Positions 25,364 through 34,409 of a stretch of DNA of 34,447 bases are shown piece after piece; positions within the stretch are counted from its first letter, which is position 1, and each line of letters begins with the position of its first letter. Source of the DNA: a virus. Its lineage: Duplodnaviria; Caudoviricetes. Location of the stretch: positions 1 to 34,447 of IMG/VR virus record IMGVR_UViG_3300022670_000478. One strand, written 5' to 3'. A model generated the notes under the pieces. The model worked only from the letters and a program-made list of their open reading frames with translations. It was not told the origin of the DNA and ran no database searches. The position numbers and the translations under genes are program-made.

Positions 25364-25802
25364 GTAATTTTTCCTCAAGGGATTCTTGTGCTTGGGTTAT
25401 TTTAGCGGTGAATTCATGCTCAACCTTAACATTCGTTTGGTCGCGCCATTGTTCAGGTTGACGATTTTTCAGCCAGAATATACATGATGTTGGGTCAGGC
25501 GGATAGTGCTTCATTATCGGCGTTATCTTGATCAGACCCTTAAAATTGGAGATATGGACGTCTGCATGACTATAACCAATCGCCCTTTGAAACAATGACT
25601 TACGCACCCTACCGTCCGCCTCGTCCTTGCCTTCTTTTAGGGACTGGAGGAATTGAGGATGCATGATCTTCCAGGTATTAACCGTTTTCTCATCAACGCA
25701 GAAGAACGTGGCAAGCTCTTTATCCGTCGCCCCCAATAGACACAGTTCTCTAGCTTGGCGGCAATACATGGGTTTATATTTGCTTGGTCGTCCTGCTGGC
25801 AT
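25314..25802 (-). CDS. terS: Terminase small subunit
   Basis: GRPSKY, LGATDKELA.FF.V...T...W...HP.F, PPD....IFWLKNRQPEQWRD; start set at MPAGRP. Confidence 0.9.
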   Translation of the reverse strand: MPAGRPSKYKPMYCRQARELCLLGATDKELATFFCVDEKTVNTWKIMHPQFLQSLKEGKDEADGRVRKSLFQRAIGYSHADVHISNFKGLIKITPIMKHYPPDPTSCIFWLKNRQPEQWRDQTNVKVEHEFTAKITQAQESLEEKLHAIDAERTSETSTRIN

Positions 25803-25991
25803 TTGTTGCACCTTTAAATTAAGTAGCTGTGCCCATAAATTCCCATGTATTACCGTGCGCCGCGATAGGTTAACTCGTAGTGAGCATTTACGGTGAAGAC
25901 CACAGCCAAGGCCAGGGGAGGAGCGGCAATGTCTAACGTTACAATAATCTGTTTCGTATCCTATTGCAAGTTGCCAATAATCCACCTGACC

Positions 25992-26097
25992 TATGGCATC
26001 CAAAAATCGTTTAAAATCAATCGTTTGCAAGGTAGAATCAATATGTTGACAGACATTGACGTTGGGTATGGCATCCAAAAATCGTTTAAAATCAATC
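25992..26097 (+). repeat. Perfect 31-bp direct repeat TATGGCATCCAAAAATCGTTTAAAATCAATC
   Basis: Copies at 25992-26022 and 26067-26097; a 15-bp partial copy at 26327-26341. Confidence 0.97.
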
Positions 26098-26348
26098 ACT
26101 TATAACGTAAAAACATCATGTAACAAATATTAGGAGTTCCCTAGGGTAAAATGCTGTAATACTTAACACAGTATGTATGACAGCATGTATGACAGGATTC
26201 CGCCTGGGAGAGTCAAAAACAGGTTCTCTAAGGCGTCTTATAGTAACCTCTTGATTCTAAAGGCGTATAGGTCGACGGAAGGGGTGATTTCCCAATGGCG
26301 TCTCTGCCAACATGTGCAACTACACGATCGTTTAAAATCAAGGGGTTA
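26015..26348. promoter_or_regulatory. Five IHF-consensus sites (WATCAANNNNTTR)
   Basis: Exact matches at 26015-27, 26036-48, 26090-102 and 26336-48 (+) and 26244-56 (-). Confidence 0.78.
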
Positions 26349-26369
26349 GCAATTTTGCTATATTACAGG

Positions 26370-26398
26370 TTGACATACTTAGTGTGTTATGCGACAAC
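26370..26398 (+). promoter_or_regulatory. Possible sigma70 promoter for the + strand gene cluster
   Basis: TTGACA 26370-75, 17-nt spacer with TGn, weak -10 GACAAC. Confidence 0.45.
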
Positions 26399-26436
26399 AA
26401 TACAGTTAGTTACAAACTAAATAAGGATAATAAGAA

Positions 26437-27009
26437 ATGAAATGTTATCACATCAATACCGGTAAGAAAAAACAACATATGCGGATTCATACCCGTGCTT
26501 GGGTCGATACGGCCATAAAAATGACGTCTCAACGGGTGGATGATTTCACCGTCCAAGAGTTGGAAGTTTGGGCAGATGCAACAAGAAGTCAAAACATCGT
26601 CGGGTATGTCATTAAAGATTTAGCATCAGACATGTTTGTTTGTGGTCGTCACGCAAAGGGTAAAGCGGTTCTTGACAGTAACCAACCACCTAGGGGATAT
26701 CGGTCTTTGCGTAGTGCCCATAAGGCGACCTGTTTATTTCAGGCTGCTAATCCCGGTATAATTTTAAACCTAGTAATATTGGGGCTACGATTGATCAGAG
26801 AGTATGACCCGAAAATTGACACCATGTCACCAGTGAGCAACGAAGATGTATTAGACACGCTTGGGCCCATCGCTGCAGCGTTTGCCACACCCCCAACGCC
26901 ACCCGTGCGCGCGCTCATACCCCCAGCGCCACCCACACCCCCAACGCCACCCGGGCCCATCGGGGGCCCTCCACGACCACCACAGCCGGTGAAGGGCCCA
27001 GGGTCATGA
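26437..27009 (+). CDS. Hypothetical protein with Pro-rich C-terminal tail
   Basis: 190 aa, AAGGA RBS; 21-bp direct repeat at 26885 and 26933. Confidence 0.7.
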   Translation: MKCYHINTGKKKQHMRIHTRAWVDTAIKMTSQRVDDFTVQELEVWADATRSQNIVGYVIKDLASDMFVCGRHAKGKAVLDSNQPPRGYRSLRSAHKATCLFQAANPGIILNLVILGLRLIREYDPKIDTMSPVSNEDVLDTLGPIAAAFATPPTPPVRALIPPAPPTPPTPPGPIGGPPRPPQPVKGPGS

Positions 27010-27356
27010 TTAAGCAACTTTTGATTATCCGTGGTGACGACAGAAAACCACTCTGCTATCTAAAGAAGGAAGATGTCAGATTCGGTTGTTATAAGCGTTG
27101 GTGTACGATCACCCCGGGCAAAGTTGTGAAACCCAGAGAATCAATCAATGCCGATCTTTTGGGGTGGGTGATCGCTCATAACACGGGTTTTCTGTCCCAC
27201 AGTCCCAATCAAAAACGAATTATGATTTTCAAATATGTGGCGCATGCTCAGACAAGAATCGAACAGCATCGCCGTAAATATAATTCGTTAAAAGGCCCAC
27301 GATTAATGGCACTTGTCCGGGATGCCCGACAGGTCGAATACTGGAGAAAAGAATAA
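27006..27356 (+). CDS. Hypothetical basic protein
   Basis: 116 aa, ATGA overlap. Confidence 0.65.
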   Translation: MIKQLLIIRGDDRKPLCYLKKEDVRFGCYKRWCTITPGKVVKPRESINADLLGWVIAHNTGFLSHSPNQKRIMIFKYVAHAQTRIEQHRRKYNSLKGPRLMALVRDARQVEYWRKE

Positions 27357-27538
27357 TGACCGTGGATGACCGAAAACGCTTGGCTATAACTCAAAAAATG
27401 GCCGATCAAGAATATTGGCAGCCAGTAAAATACGTAAGTCCAATAGTCGAATATAAACTTTATTCCCGGCGTGGGAAGCTAGCCTTTAGAAATGTGAAAA
27501 CTGGGGAAATGTCCCCAGTAGAATTAAAAGCCCTTTAA
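27356..27538 (+). CDS. Hypothetical protein
   Basis: 60 aa, TAATG overlap, GGAG upstream. Confidence 0.6.
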   Translation: MTVDDRKRLAITQKMADQEYWQPVKYVSPIVEYKLYSRRGKLAFRNVKTGEMSPVELKAL

Positions 27539-27555
27539 CAAAAGGAAACACCGAC

Positions 27556-27765
27556 ATGATTAAAGCATGGTTGATTGACAGCGGCAGACTAGCCCTAGGT
27601 TATACTTATGGGTGCGATGTGTTTAAATTTTACACTTATAATGACGAAAGGGTTATCCGATTTTCCCGACAAAGTGACGCGGACAGGGTCATCCATTTAA
27701 TGAGACGTGAAGACCCAAAGAAAGCCGCCAACCTGATTCCCGTTGAACATATTTGGAGCGATTAA
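27556..27765 (+). CDS. Hypothetical protein
   Basis: 69 aa, AAGGA RBS. Confidence 0.65.
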   Translation: MIKAWLIDSGRLALGYTYGCDVFKFYTYNDERVIRFSRQSDADRVIHLMRREDPKKAANLIPVEHIWSD

Positions 27766-27766
27766 A

Positions 27767-28207
27767 ATGAATATATCAGAACAATACACCGCATCAAGAG
27801 AGAAGCGGGAAAAAGCGGTTGACGAAATATCCCGCGAAATTCATCGGATCGAATGTGGAAAGAGTCGACTTTCCCACAACGACCATAATCATTTGATGCA
27901 GATGAAAAACCAAATGCATCAATTGAAAAAAGAAAGATACCGGGAAACTCTATATAAAGGTCAGGATTTCGTGGGGTATGCCTTGCTCAATCAATATGAC
28001 ATGAACCTGTTGAAAAAAGGATGTATGTTAACCGCGAATCCTATGGATAAAGATTCTGTTTTCCGTCCCACTAAACCTACAGATTTTTGGTGTTTGGAAT
28101 GGGTCGAAGACTGTGTAAAAATAGTAGCCGCTGGCAAATTAAGAAATCTATATCTTTCATTCGATTGCCATATTCTCCTTAATCAAACGGCAATTAATCA
28201 TAGGTAG
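27767..28207 (+). CDS. Hypothetical protein with N-terminal coiled coil
   Basis: ATG 27767 after GGAG; charged helical N-terminus. Confidence 0.65.
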   Translation: MNISEQYTASREKREKAVDEISREIHRIECGKSRLSHNDHNHLMQMKNQMHQLKKERYRETLYKGQDFVGYALLNQYDMNLLKKGCMLTANPMDKDSVFRPTKPTDFWCLEWVEDCVKIVAAGKLRNLYLSFDCHILLNQTAINHR

Positions 28208-28236
28208 TTGACACTCTGGAAAGAAGTTGTTATAAA
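28208..28236 (+). promoter_or_regulatory. Near-consensus sigma70 promoter
   Basis: TTGACA (28208-13), 17 nt, TGn extension, TATAAA (28231-36). Confidence 0.75.
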
Positions 28237-28239
28237 TCT

Positions 28240-28296
28240 GTTTCCCTACCCCAGAAACTTTAACGGTACCGTGTTGCGTATCGGGGCCGTATTTTT
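28240..28296 (+). ncRNA. Candidate small RNA of about 55 nt
   Basis: Promoter, then GTTTC-CCTACCCCA-GAAAC hairpin, then terminator-like hairpin with ATTTTT; no ORF. Confidence 0.45.
28263..28296 (+). terminator. Intrinsic terminator-like hairpin
   Basis: ACGGTACCG...CGGGGCCGT stem with one G-U pair and one mismatch, then ATTTTT; lies between convergent genes. Confidence 0.6.
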
Positions 28297-30649
28297 ATGA
28301 TACTGCATAACCCTGGGCCACCATGTAAGCCTTCTTTACTTCATGTCCTGGCACCCTAGTCAGCCCACCAAACGCTTGAATATAAAGAACTGGACGCGCT
28401 TTAGGGCCCTCTAAAAATATATAACCACTTGCCCGACCGTCTTTCAATTCTGGGTGTCTGATATATCCCAGATCATCAAGCATCTGACTGACTTTGTTAC
28501 GGTTCATTCTGATACGGTGATTATCCAATAATTCCTTAAGTTTGATCGATGAAATCCAACCACCACAGAACCCCGGTTCCCCGGCTTCCACTGCCTCAAT
28601 AATCTCTTGTTCGGCTCTACCCATACTTTCACGTATGGCGGCCTCGTTGCTGCTGGTGTCCGGCGCAACATGGCAAGTTGTCGCCGGGTTAAATTCATCA
28701 TTGATTGGGAGATTCTTCAAGTAATGCGCCACATATGCATAACCACCAGATGCAAGCCAAGAAAACAGTCTGGGGAAATATTCACCGGTCATCCCGTCCC
28801 GCGCCAGGTCGGGTGCATGCTGTTGGGCTGTGAAGAATATAGAATATCGCCGCCCATTCCGTTGCTTTATGACGGCGTCACGATGGTTTGTTGTGAATAT
28901 CCAATTAGCGCGATTATCACCTGTCACCTGATCGCCACCTTTTTTCTGAATTTCAATTCGATCATCAGTAACGAATTTTTTCAATGCGTCCTGAATATCC
29001 TGATTACCTTTGAAGTGGATTTCATCACAAGCTATTAATAATTTCCCGTAGATCCAATGATTGAATTTATTGGCTATGTCGTCGGCATTCGGTTTATGGG
29101 TGTATCGTTCCCCGATAGCTTTGGATAACGCCTTGACCATCAGTGATTTACCGTTACCTTCCACACCCTGGATCACCGGACACCATTGAAATTTGACCCC
29201 GGGATACTGAACGCAGGCCGCGATGTATGAAATGAGGATTTCTTGATCCCTGGGATCCGGAATAAGTTTGGCGATATGATTTAAGAATGGTGTCACATCG
29301 CCCGGCCGCATATCCACATTGGCCGGAACGTATGTATTGACCAGTGTACGACCTTCTTCGTTAACACAGGCCCCTGGGGGCACCTCCGGCCTGAAACAAA
29401 GCCCTTGAGCCTTGGGGAACATAGCGATTCTGGATTGGGTGAAAGCCTCCCATGCGTTTATCGTGAGCTTACCATTAAAATCAAATGAGAATTCATACCC
29501 CCCATACATCGCTTTGAATTGCTCCGTGCCAAGCAACGACCCATCTGGGATTAATATCTTGTGAGGATCCTGAATATAAATACAGCCTTCGAAGTGAATT
29601 CTTTGCTGCTCAACATCAAGAAACTGCAAGCCCTGCCTATATTGAAACATGGTGTTGGTTTCGGTGGGTTCGACCGGGGCCGCGTCACCTGGCGCAACGT
29701 TGGTATAGACATTTTGAGTGACTCTGCAAGCTTCCAGGATGGTGTTTCGCATGTAATCCACACGTTCCCACTTGGGACGCATCAGGGCCGACATTCTGAA
29801 AAGGCGGTCTATCCTGGCGCAATCTTTCCCGGTCCAGAACGCAAGATGAAGACATAAACCCATATCAGCACTTGAGTGATCGAAGGATTTATCTGAAGAA
29901 CTTGGATAAGTTAAAGAGAGTGCATCAACGCTACCGGCCCACAGATCCTGCACCGTGGCCTTACCCCCACCTGACTGACCATCAAACGCCATTCCCGCGG
30001 TGATTTTCCGCCCACCACTGGCCAACATCTTTGATATTAATTCACTATCATCCTGTGACCCTGTGAACTCAGCAACAGGGGTATCAGTCCAGTTTGCAGG
30101 GACGTTTGATACTGACCCACCAACCTGGGCAATGACGGCATTCAGGGCCCCGGTGTGGTCCGTATTGGCGTCACCTGTGGGACTGTGACCCAAGGCAATA
30201 AAACGCTTTCTGGTGTAAACCTCAAGCCCTGGCAAATCTTTGATTTTAACCCTGTGTTCTCCTGGCAACGCATCATATCGACCAAAGATGTGCAAGCCTG
30301 TTCCTGAATAAGAAATTTCCACAGCGGCGCCGGCGAAAAATTCTATCATGCTTAAAGCGTATGGTGACCACTGGCCGTCCGGCAATAATTGATTATCAAG
30401 ATCAATACAGAAAAACGGGTCATTCTCAGTCAGAACAAAAGCCACCCCACATTTATGAAATTGGGCCAGTCTAACCGCTTCGTCCGCTGTCATCCAGTAT
30501 TGTGGATCGTGTGCGCTCGCTGCTTGTCCGGTCTGAGAATCAAAGGGAATCTTGCTTAATTTCGGTTGTCCCCTGTCTTCCAGCCGCCACAACATGAATT
30601 GACGAAAATCTGTAAGTGGCACCAGCGGCGCCTCTAATATAAAATCCAT
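28295..30649 (-). CDS. Primase-polymerase fused to SF3 helicase (NrS-1-like architecture)
   Basis: CIDLD, EISYSGTGLH, LEVY...RF; helical bundle D.S.AD..L...LAFWTG.D...IDRLFR.S.L.R.KW; Walker A GVEGNGKS, CDE, FTTNH...RRY. Confidence 0.9.
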   Translation of the reverse strand: MDFILEAPLVPLTDFRQFMLWRLEDRGQPKLSKIPFDSQTGQAASAHDPQYWMTADEAVRLAQFHKCGVAFVLTENDPFFCIDLDNQLLPDGQWSPYALSMIEFFAGAAVEISYSGTGLHIFGRYDALPGEHRVKIKDLPGLEVYTRKRFIALGHSPTGDANTDHTGALNAVIAQVGGSVSNVPANWTDTPVAEFTGSQDDSELISKMLASGGRKITAGMAFDGQSGGGKATVQDLWAGSVDALSLTYPSSSDKSFDHSSADMGLCLHLAFWTGKDCARIDRLFRMSALMRPKWERVDYMRNTILEACRVTQNVYTNVAPGDAAPVEPTETNTMFQYRQGLQFLDVEQQRIHFEGCIYIQDPHKILIPDGSLLGTEQFKAMYGGYEFSFDFNGKLTINAWEAFTQSRIAMFPKAQGLCFRPEVPPGACVNEEGRTLVNTYVPANVDMRPGDVTPFLNHIAKLIPDPRDQEILISYIAACVQYPGVKFQWCPVIQGVEGNGKSLMVKALSKAIGERYTHKPNADDIANKFNHWIYGKLLIACDEIHFKGNQDIQDALKKFVTDDRIEIQKKGGDQVTGDNRANWIFTTNHRDAVIKQRNGRRYSIFFTAQQHAPDLARDGMTGEYFPRLFSWLASGGYAYVAHYLKNLPINDEFNPATTCHVAPDTSSNEAAIRESMGRAEQEIIEAVEAGEPGFCGGWISSIKLKELLDNHRIRMNRNKVSQMLDDLGYIRHPELKDGRASGYIFLEGPKARPVLYIQAFGGLTRVPGHEVKKAYMVAQGYAVS

Positions 30650-30665
30650 TCCTCACCGCCTGTAA

Positions 30666-30986
30666 TTATACTAGTGTTTTGAGTGCTGCATTTCGTAAAT
30701 CATCATGCATAAGATCTGCAGCCGGTTCCTTATTTACAATGGCAACAGCCAGAATATCAAGGTCACCGCGAATTATGGCCATCCTGATCACGGCGTGTCG
30801 AATGCCTGCAAGTGAAGAAAAATAATATTTAACCGTGGATTTACTGCATTTCACTGGGCAACCTTGGGCAATATTTGCAATGCTCATTGTCATCAGGTTT
30901 CCGCCCTGGGCAAGCTTAAAAGCTGAATCAAGAATTTGGTTTTTGCGTTGTTCAGGGGTGAGCCTGACTGTGGTGTATTTACTCAT
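30666..30986 (-). CDS. TetR-like HTH protein
   Basis: RLTPEQRKNQILDSA...IA......SKSTVKYYFSS. Confidence 0.75.
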   Translation of the reverse strand: MSKYTTVRLTPEQRKNQILDSAFKLAQGGNLMTMSIANIAQGCPVKCSKSTVKYYFSSLAGIRHAVIRMAIIRGDLDILAVAIVNKEPAADLMHDDLRNAALKTLV

Positions 30987-31246
30987 GTCATCGAGCTTTC
31001 TTCTAGTTTTTTACCTTCTGGCAATTGCAACCGTCTCCAGAACCAGATTGATAAATCATAGTCCGCCTCAATCATTGGATCATGTTCATCATCGTTTAAA
31101 ACCCAACAACATCCTTCATCCTCATTGCTGGCGTCCCACCATGCTATATACACGCACGGCATGACTGAATTAAAATGCATCAATTCTAATATTGTTCCGT
31201 CTTTGAGGGCTGTGGCCATGGTCTGCCAGCCATATTCATCTACCAT
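30983..31246 (-). CDS. Hypothetical Trp-rich protein (DUF551-like)
   Basis: WQTMATA.KDGT.L...W...W....P pattern. Confidence 0.6.
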   Translation of the reverse strand: MVDEYGWQTMATALKDGTILELMHFNSVMPCVYIAWWDASNEDEGCCWVLNDDEHDPMIEADYDLSIWFWRRLQLPEGKKLEESSMT

Positions 31247-31743
31247 TTTTTAAACCTTTCAATAGCATTTATATAATCATCTTTTGACGGAGCAAAGCAA
31301 CCTATCCCACCCATGGCCCTAACAGTCATCAGGAAATTTTGTTGCGCTTGGCCTGTTTCGTCAGATGGTAAAAGTTTCCAGCCGGATTTTTTGACCTCAG
31401 CAGCAGTGAAAACTCCGAAGTGTCGCCCCACATGATGGGGTTCTACCAATACTGAAGTTATCCCGATCAGATCAGATGATTTGAAAACAGAATTAATTTT
31501 CTTGGAATCATTTGCCAAACCATAACGAATGTGACGATCACCATCAGTGGCAACACCATTGTTATTCCGCCACAGTGCCCCGTACCTGGGGGATTCGAGT
31601 CTGATAGTAGCTTGAACTGCTGCTTCACTGGTTGGAAACCCTGTTCCTATAGGCGTGACTGGATTTAAGGCTTGAATCAACTCATCAACAGCCAAAGAAC
31701 TGACATGGTGTTTCATGCACCAAGCGTGTATTTCAGGGGTCAT
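31240..31743 (-). CDS. VRR-NUC-like PD-(D/E)xK nuclease
   Basis: SEAAVQ, LWRNNNG, RYGL, SSDLIG, AAEVK, Q.NFL..V...GG. Confidence 0.85.
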   Translation of the reverse strand: MTPEIHAWCMKHHVSSLAVDELIQALNPVTPIGTGFPTSEAAVQATIRLESPRYGALWRNNNGVATDGDRHIRYGLANDSKKINSVFKSSDLIGITSVLVEPHHVGRHFGVFTAAEVKKSGWKLLPSDETGQAQQNFLMTVRAMGGIGCFAPSKDDYINAIERFKKW

Positions 31744-31954
31744 CAGTTGTCTCCTTTTCTAAATGTTTAGGCGGATATTCACCGATTAAACCATGTGACT
31801 CAAAATCTTTAAATTGAATCTGTTCGCATCTTGGGCAAAACGTATCCGGGGTCGTCTCAGCATTAATCTGGGGTATGGAATAGCCGTCTATTGTGCAGCG
31901 GCGAAATTCTGCGAACTTAGCACCCAACTTGATCACATTAGTCAATTTCTCCAC
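31733..31954 (-). CDS. Hypothetical protein
   Basis: 73 aa with CPRC; overlaps neighbours in operon fashion. Confidence 0.55.
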   Translation of the reverse strand: MEKLTNVIKLGAKFAEFRRCTIDGYSIPQINAETTPDTFCPRCEQIQFKDFESHGLIGEYPPKHLEKETTDDP

Positions 31955-32145
31955 GTCCTTGTATGAATGTTGAAATTTTTCAGTTCTTTTTTAAAGGCGA
32001 TTAAGTCGGAACTGTCACAATGTCTGAGGCGACCCACTAAAAGCTCCGCGATCGAGGCTGCAACACTGTCAGCATTACGCATAACTTCATTGGCTTCAAT
32101 CACCGTTCGTTTCATTTGCCATAGTTTTTGAATGGTGTCAGTCAT
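31942..32145 (-). CDS. Hypothetical protein
   Basis: 67 aa, AGGAGGAG RBS, ATGA overlap. Confidence 0.65.
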   Translation of the reverse strand: MTDTIQKLWQMKRTVIEANEVMRNADSVAASIAELLVGRLRHCDSSDLIAFKKELKNFNIHTRTWRN

Positions 32146-32465
32146 TTTCTCCTCCTGCGTCTATGATTAAGATTAATTCGTTGGTGGAATTTCAATGGTT
32201 TCCCAGGCTTTTCAAAAACCTCAACATGGTTCATTGGGGGGATGGTGAGCGATTGAAGATCTTCGGGTTTGACCCCACCAAACTCATTGCACAACTTTGA
32301 GAATTCTCGCATGACATCACAAGTTGGACCAACGGCTGCTTGAAGCCGCTGAAAAGATCGATCTAGTTGGTCAAGTTCCTGATTTGACCAAAGAAATCGT
32401 CTATCACATCCTGCGTCTATCACAACGGGGTTGTGGTTGCTGTTGGCTATAAAACTACCTGACAT
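32142..32465 (-). CDS. Hypothetical protein
   Basis: 107 aa, AAGGAG RBS, basic C-terminus. Confidence 0.65.
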   Translation of the reverse strand: MSGSFIANSNHNPVVIDAGCDRRFLWSNQELDQLDRSFQRLQAAVGPTCDVMREFSKLCNEFGGVKPEDLQSLTIPPMNHVEVFEKPGKPLKFHQRINLNHRRRRRK

Positions 32466-34119
32466 TCAATTTCTCCTTCAGTTTAATTGCGTCCTTGGTA
32501 CCCAGTGCCATAGCGGACATGACATCAATACTAAACCGCCAATAGAATTCTTTCTGTATTTCAGAATCACCCATGCCGGCCGCATGACGCGACCCACCCC
32601 ATACGGCCATAGCTTCCCTGAGATTGACTTGACTGGCAAGCTTATCATTTTGATTGTTCGCGGCGGCCCGGGCAACAATATCATTATGCCCTTGGTTTTT
32701 CATCCAGGTTTCAATCTGACCCGGCGATAAATCCGCTTTGTTAATCTCACCCCTCATTTTTCTAAGTGTGGCTTCATCCAATTCGAACAGATCACCGTCA
32801 ACAAATTCAACACTGGTTCGGGCTTCTGGTTCGGCCTTGTGGCCACAGTGGGGACAAGTCGATAGAAAGCCACTGTAGGGCATGAAACACGCCACACATG
32901 CCGTAACCGGTGGCACATCCTTATTCGCACCACGGGTGGCTTTGTCACGTCGATCAAGGGTCCATACACGCGGGGCATCCGGTAACCCATGGCGAACAAC
33001 ATTCCTGACATGGTCAATAATTATCCCGTGGGTTTTTCCTGGGTGTGGTCGTAAGGCCCTGCCAAATTGCTGAGAATATAACCCAAACGATTGAGTCGGA
33101 CGGGCCATAGAAACGACCTCCACAGCCGGTAAATCAAAACCTTCCCCGAACAAATCAACATTGACTAGTTGCAACAATTCCTTATTTTTCAGGCGCCTGA
33201 CTGCCTCGTTCCGAATGTGATCCGGGGTTTTTGCGTTGATCATCATTGCCGGCACACCCGCTTGATTATATCGGTTTGCTATATTTCCAGCGGTTTCAAC
33301 GTCAGTTGCAAAAGTTATACCAGTTTTTCCCCTGGCGAACTTCAAATAATGTTCAATAACATCCCCAATAATATGCGATTTATCGGATGCTTGTTTCAGT
33401 CCGGGCTTGGTAAAATCCCCATCTTTCCCCGTCTTTAACCCGGTTAAATCCATATCTGAAGGTGGGCAAAATATCCGATATTCAGTCAGATAACTTTGCT
33501 CAATTAGCCAGCGCATGGACGGGCCTTCGATCATGATATCAAAAACACCATCATGATGCGAACCAAGCCCGTTCCCGTCTGCTCTTAAAGGGGTTGCGGT
33601 GACCCCAAGACCTTTAGCGTTGGGGAAAATTTCAATGATCTTACCCCATTTATTTGATTTAAGAACGTGGTGCGCTTCATCCTGTGCCCATAATGAAACC
33701 TGTTGACGCCATTGATGGATCGACCCCGGGGCATACACAGGCAACGTACTTTTTAATTCTTTTTTGTAACGTGCAATAAGCGTATCAATCGAGACTGCAC
33801 CAATAGGGGCCCCGGGGTCTATATGAGGTTTACCGGTTTCACGGTGGTTGTTCATTGAAATAAATTTTATAATATTATCTGGTGCAATGATGCGGTGTTT
33901 AGCTTCAAATTTCGATAGCGCCAAGGATGTTTGACCAACCAATTCAGATCTATGGGCAATGACCGCCGCCGCCCTACCATGGGAATTCAACAGGTCCGCC
34001 ATAATAATGGTTTTCCCGGCACCCGTCGCAAGCACCAGAAGCACGTTCTTATAACCAGCGGCCCAAGCCGCAAGGACTCGATCACATAATTCGCGTTGGT
34101 ATGGTCTGAGTTCGATCAT
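32455..34119 (-). CDS. SF2 (DEAH-box) helicase with C-terminal Zn ribbon
   Basis: LRPYQ, LATGAGKT, QDEAHH, TATP, EGFDLP, QQFGRALR, CVAC...CPHC. Confidence 0.93.
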   Translation of the reverse strand: MIELRPYQRELCDRVLAAWAAGYKNVLLVLATGAGKTIIMADLLNSHGRAAAVIAHRSELVGQTSLALSKFEAKHRIIAPDNIIKFISMNNHRETGKPHIDPGAPIGAVSIDTLIARYKKELKSTLPVYAPGSIHQWRQQVSLWAQDEAHHVLKSNKWGKIIEIFPNAKGLGVTATPLRADGNGLGSHHDGVFDIMIEGPSMRWLIEQSYLTEYRIFCPPSDMDLTGLKTGKDGDFTKPGLKQASDKSHIIGDVIEHYLKFARGKTGITFATDVETAGNIANRYNQAGVPAMMINAKTPDHIRNEAVRRLKNKELLQLVNVDLFGEGFDLPAVEVVSMARPTQSFGLYSQQFGRALRPHPGKTHGIIIDHVRNVVRHGLPDAPRVWTLDRRDKATRGANKDVPPVTACVACFMPYSGFLSTCPHCGHKAEPEARTSVEFVDGDLFELDEATLRKMRGEINKADLSPGQIETWMKNQGHNDIVARAAANNQNDKLASQVNLREAMAVWGGSRHAAGMGDSEIQKEFYWRFSIDVMSAMALGTKDAIKLKEKLNVR

Positions 34120-34370
34120 TTTTTAACTGTGGTTACAGGTTTAATTTTTGAAATTATGAAAGGTAAACCTGTGCCGGACAATACTTCACTTGAAAATTCA
34201 TCAAGACAGTTCTCGAAGTAACCTTCCATATCTTCAATGAAATCGGAACTTTCAACGCTGCTAATATCAAACTCTTTAGATTCCTTGTGATCAAGACCAT
34301 GCTCATCACATTCGTCTTTTGTCGGACGTCTTACAGATATCAATAGCGTTACTTCCACCGTGTGTGTCAT
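34116..34370 (-). CDS. Hypothetical acidic protein
   Basis: 84 aa, AGGAG RBS, ATGA overlap with the helicase. Confidence 0.65.
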   Translation of the reverse strand: MTHTVEVTLLISVRRPTKDECDEHGLDHKESKEFDISSVESSDFIEDMEGYFENCLDEFSSEVLSGTGLPFIISKIKPVTTVKK

Positions 34371-34409
34371 ATCATTAATCTCCTGGCGTTCAAAATAAAT
34401 TACACTTTC

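Noticed and set aside
25992-26097. 31-bp repeat pair with a 44-bp spacer as a mini-CRISPR
   Set aside because: Only two copies, no cas genes, and the spacer itself holds another IHF-like site, so a protein-binding array explains it better.
25803-26099. 99-aa N-terminal extension of TerS with a repeated IDFKRFLDAI
   Set aside because: It is the translation of the 31-bp DNA repeat and IHF-like sites; the typical TerS start is MPAGRPSKY at 25802.
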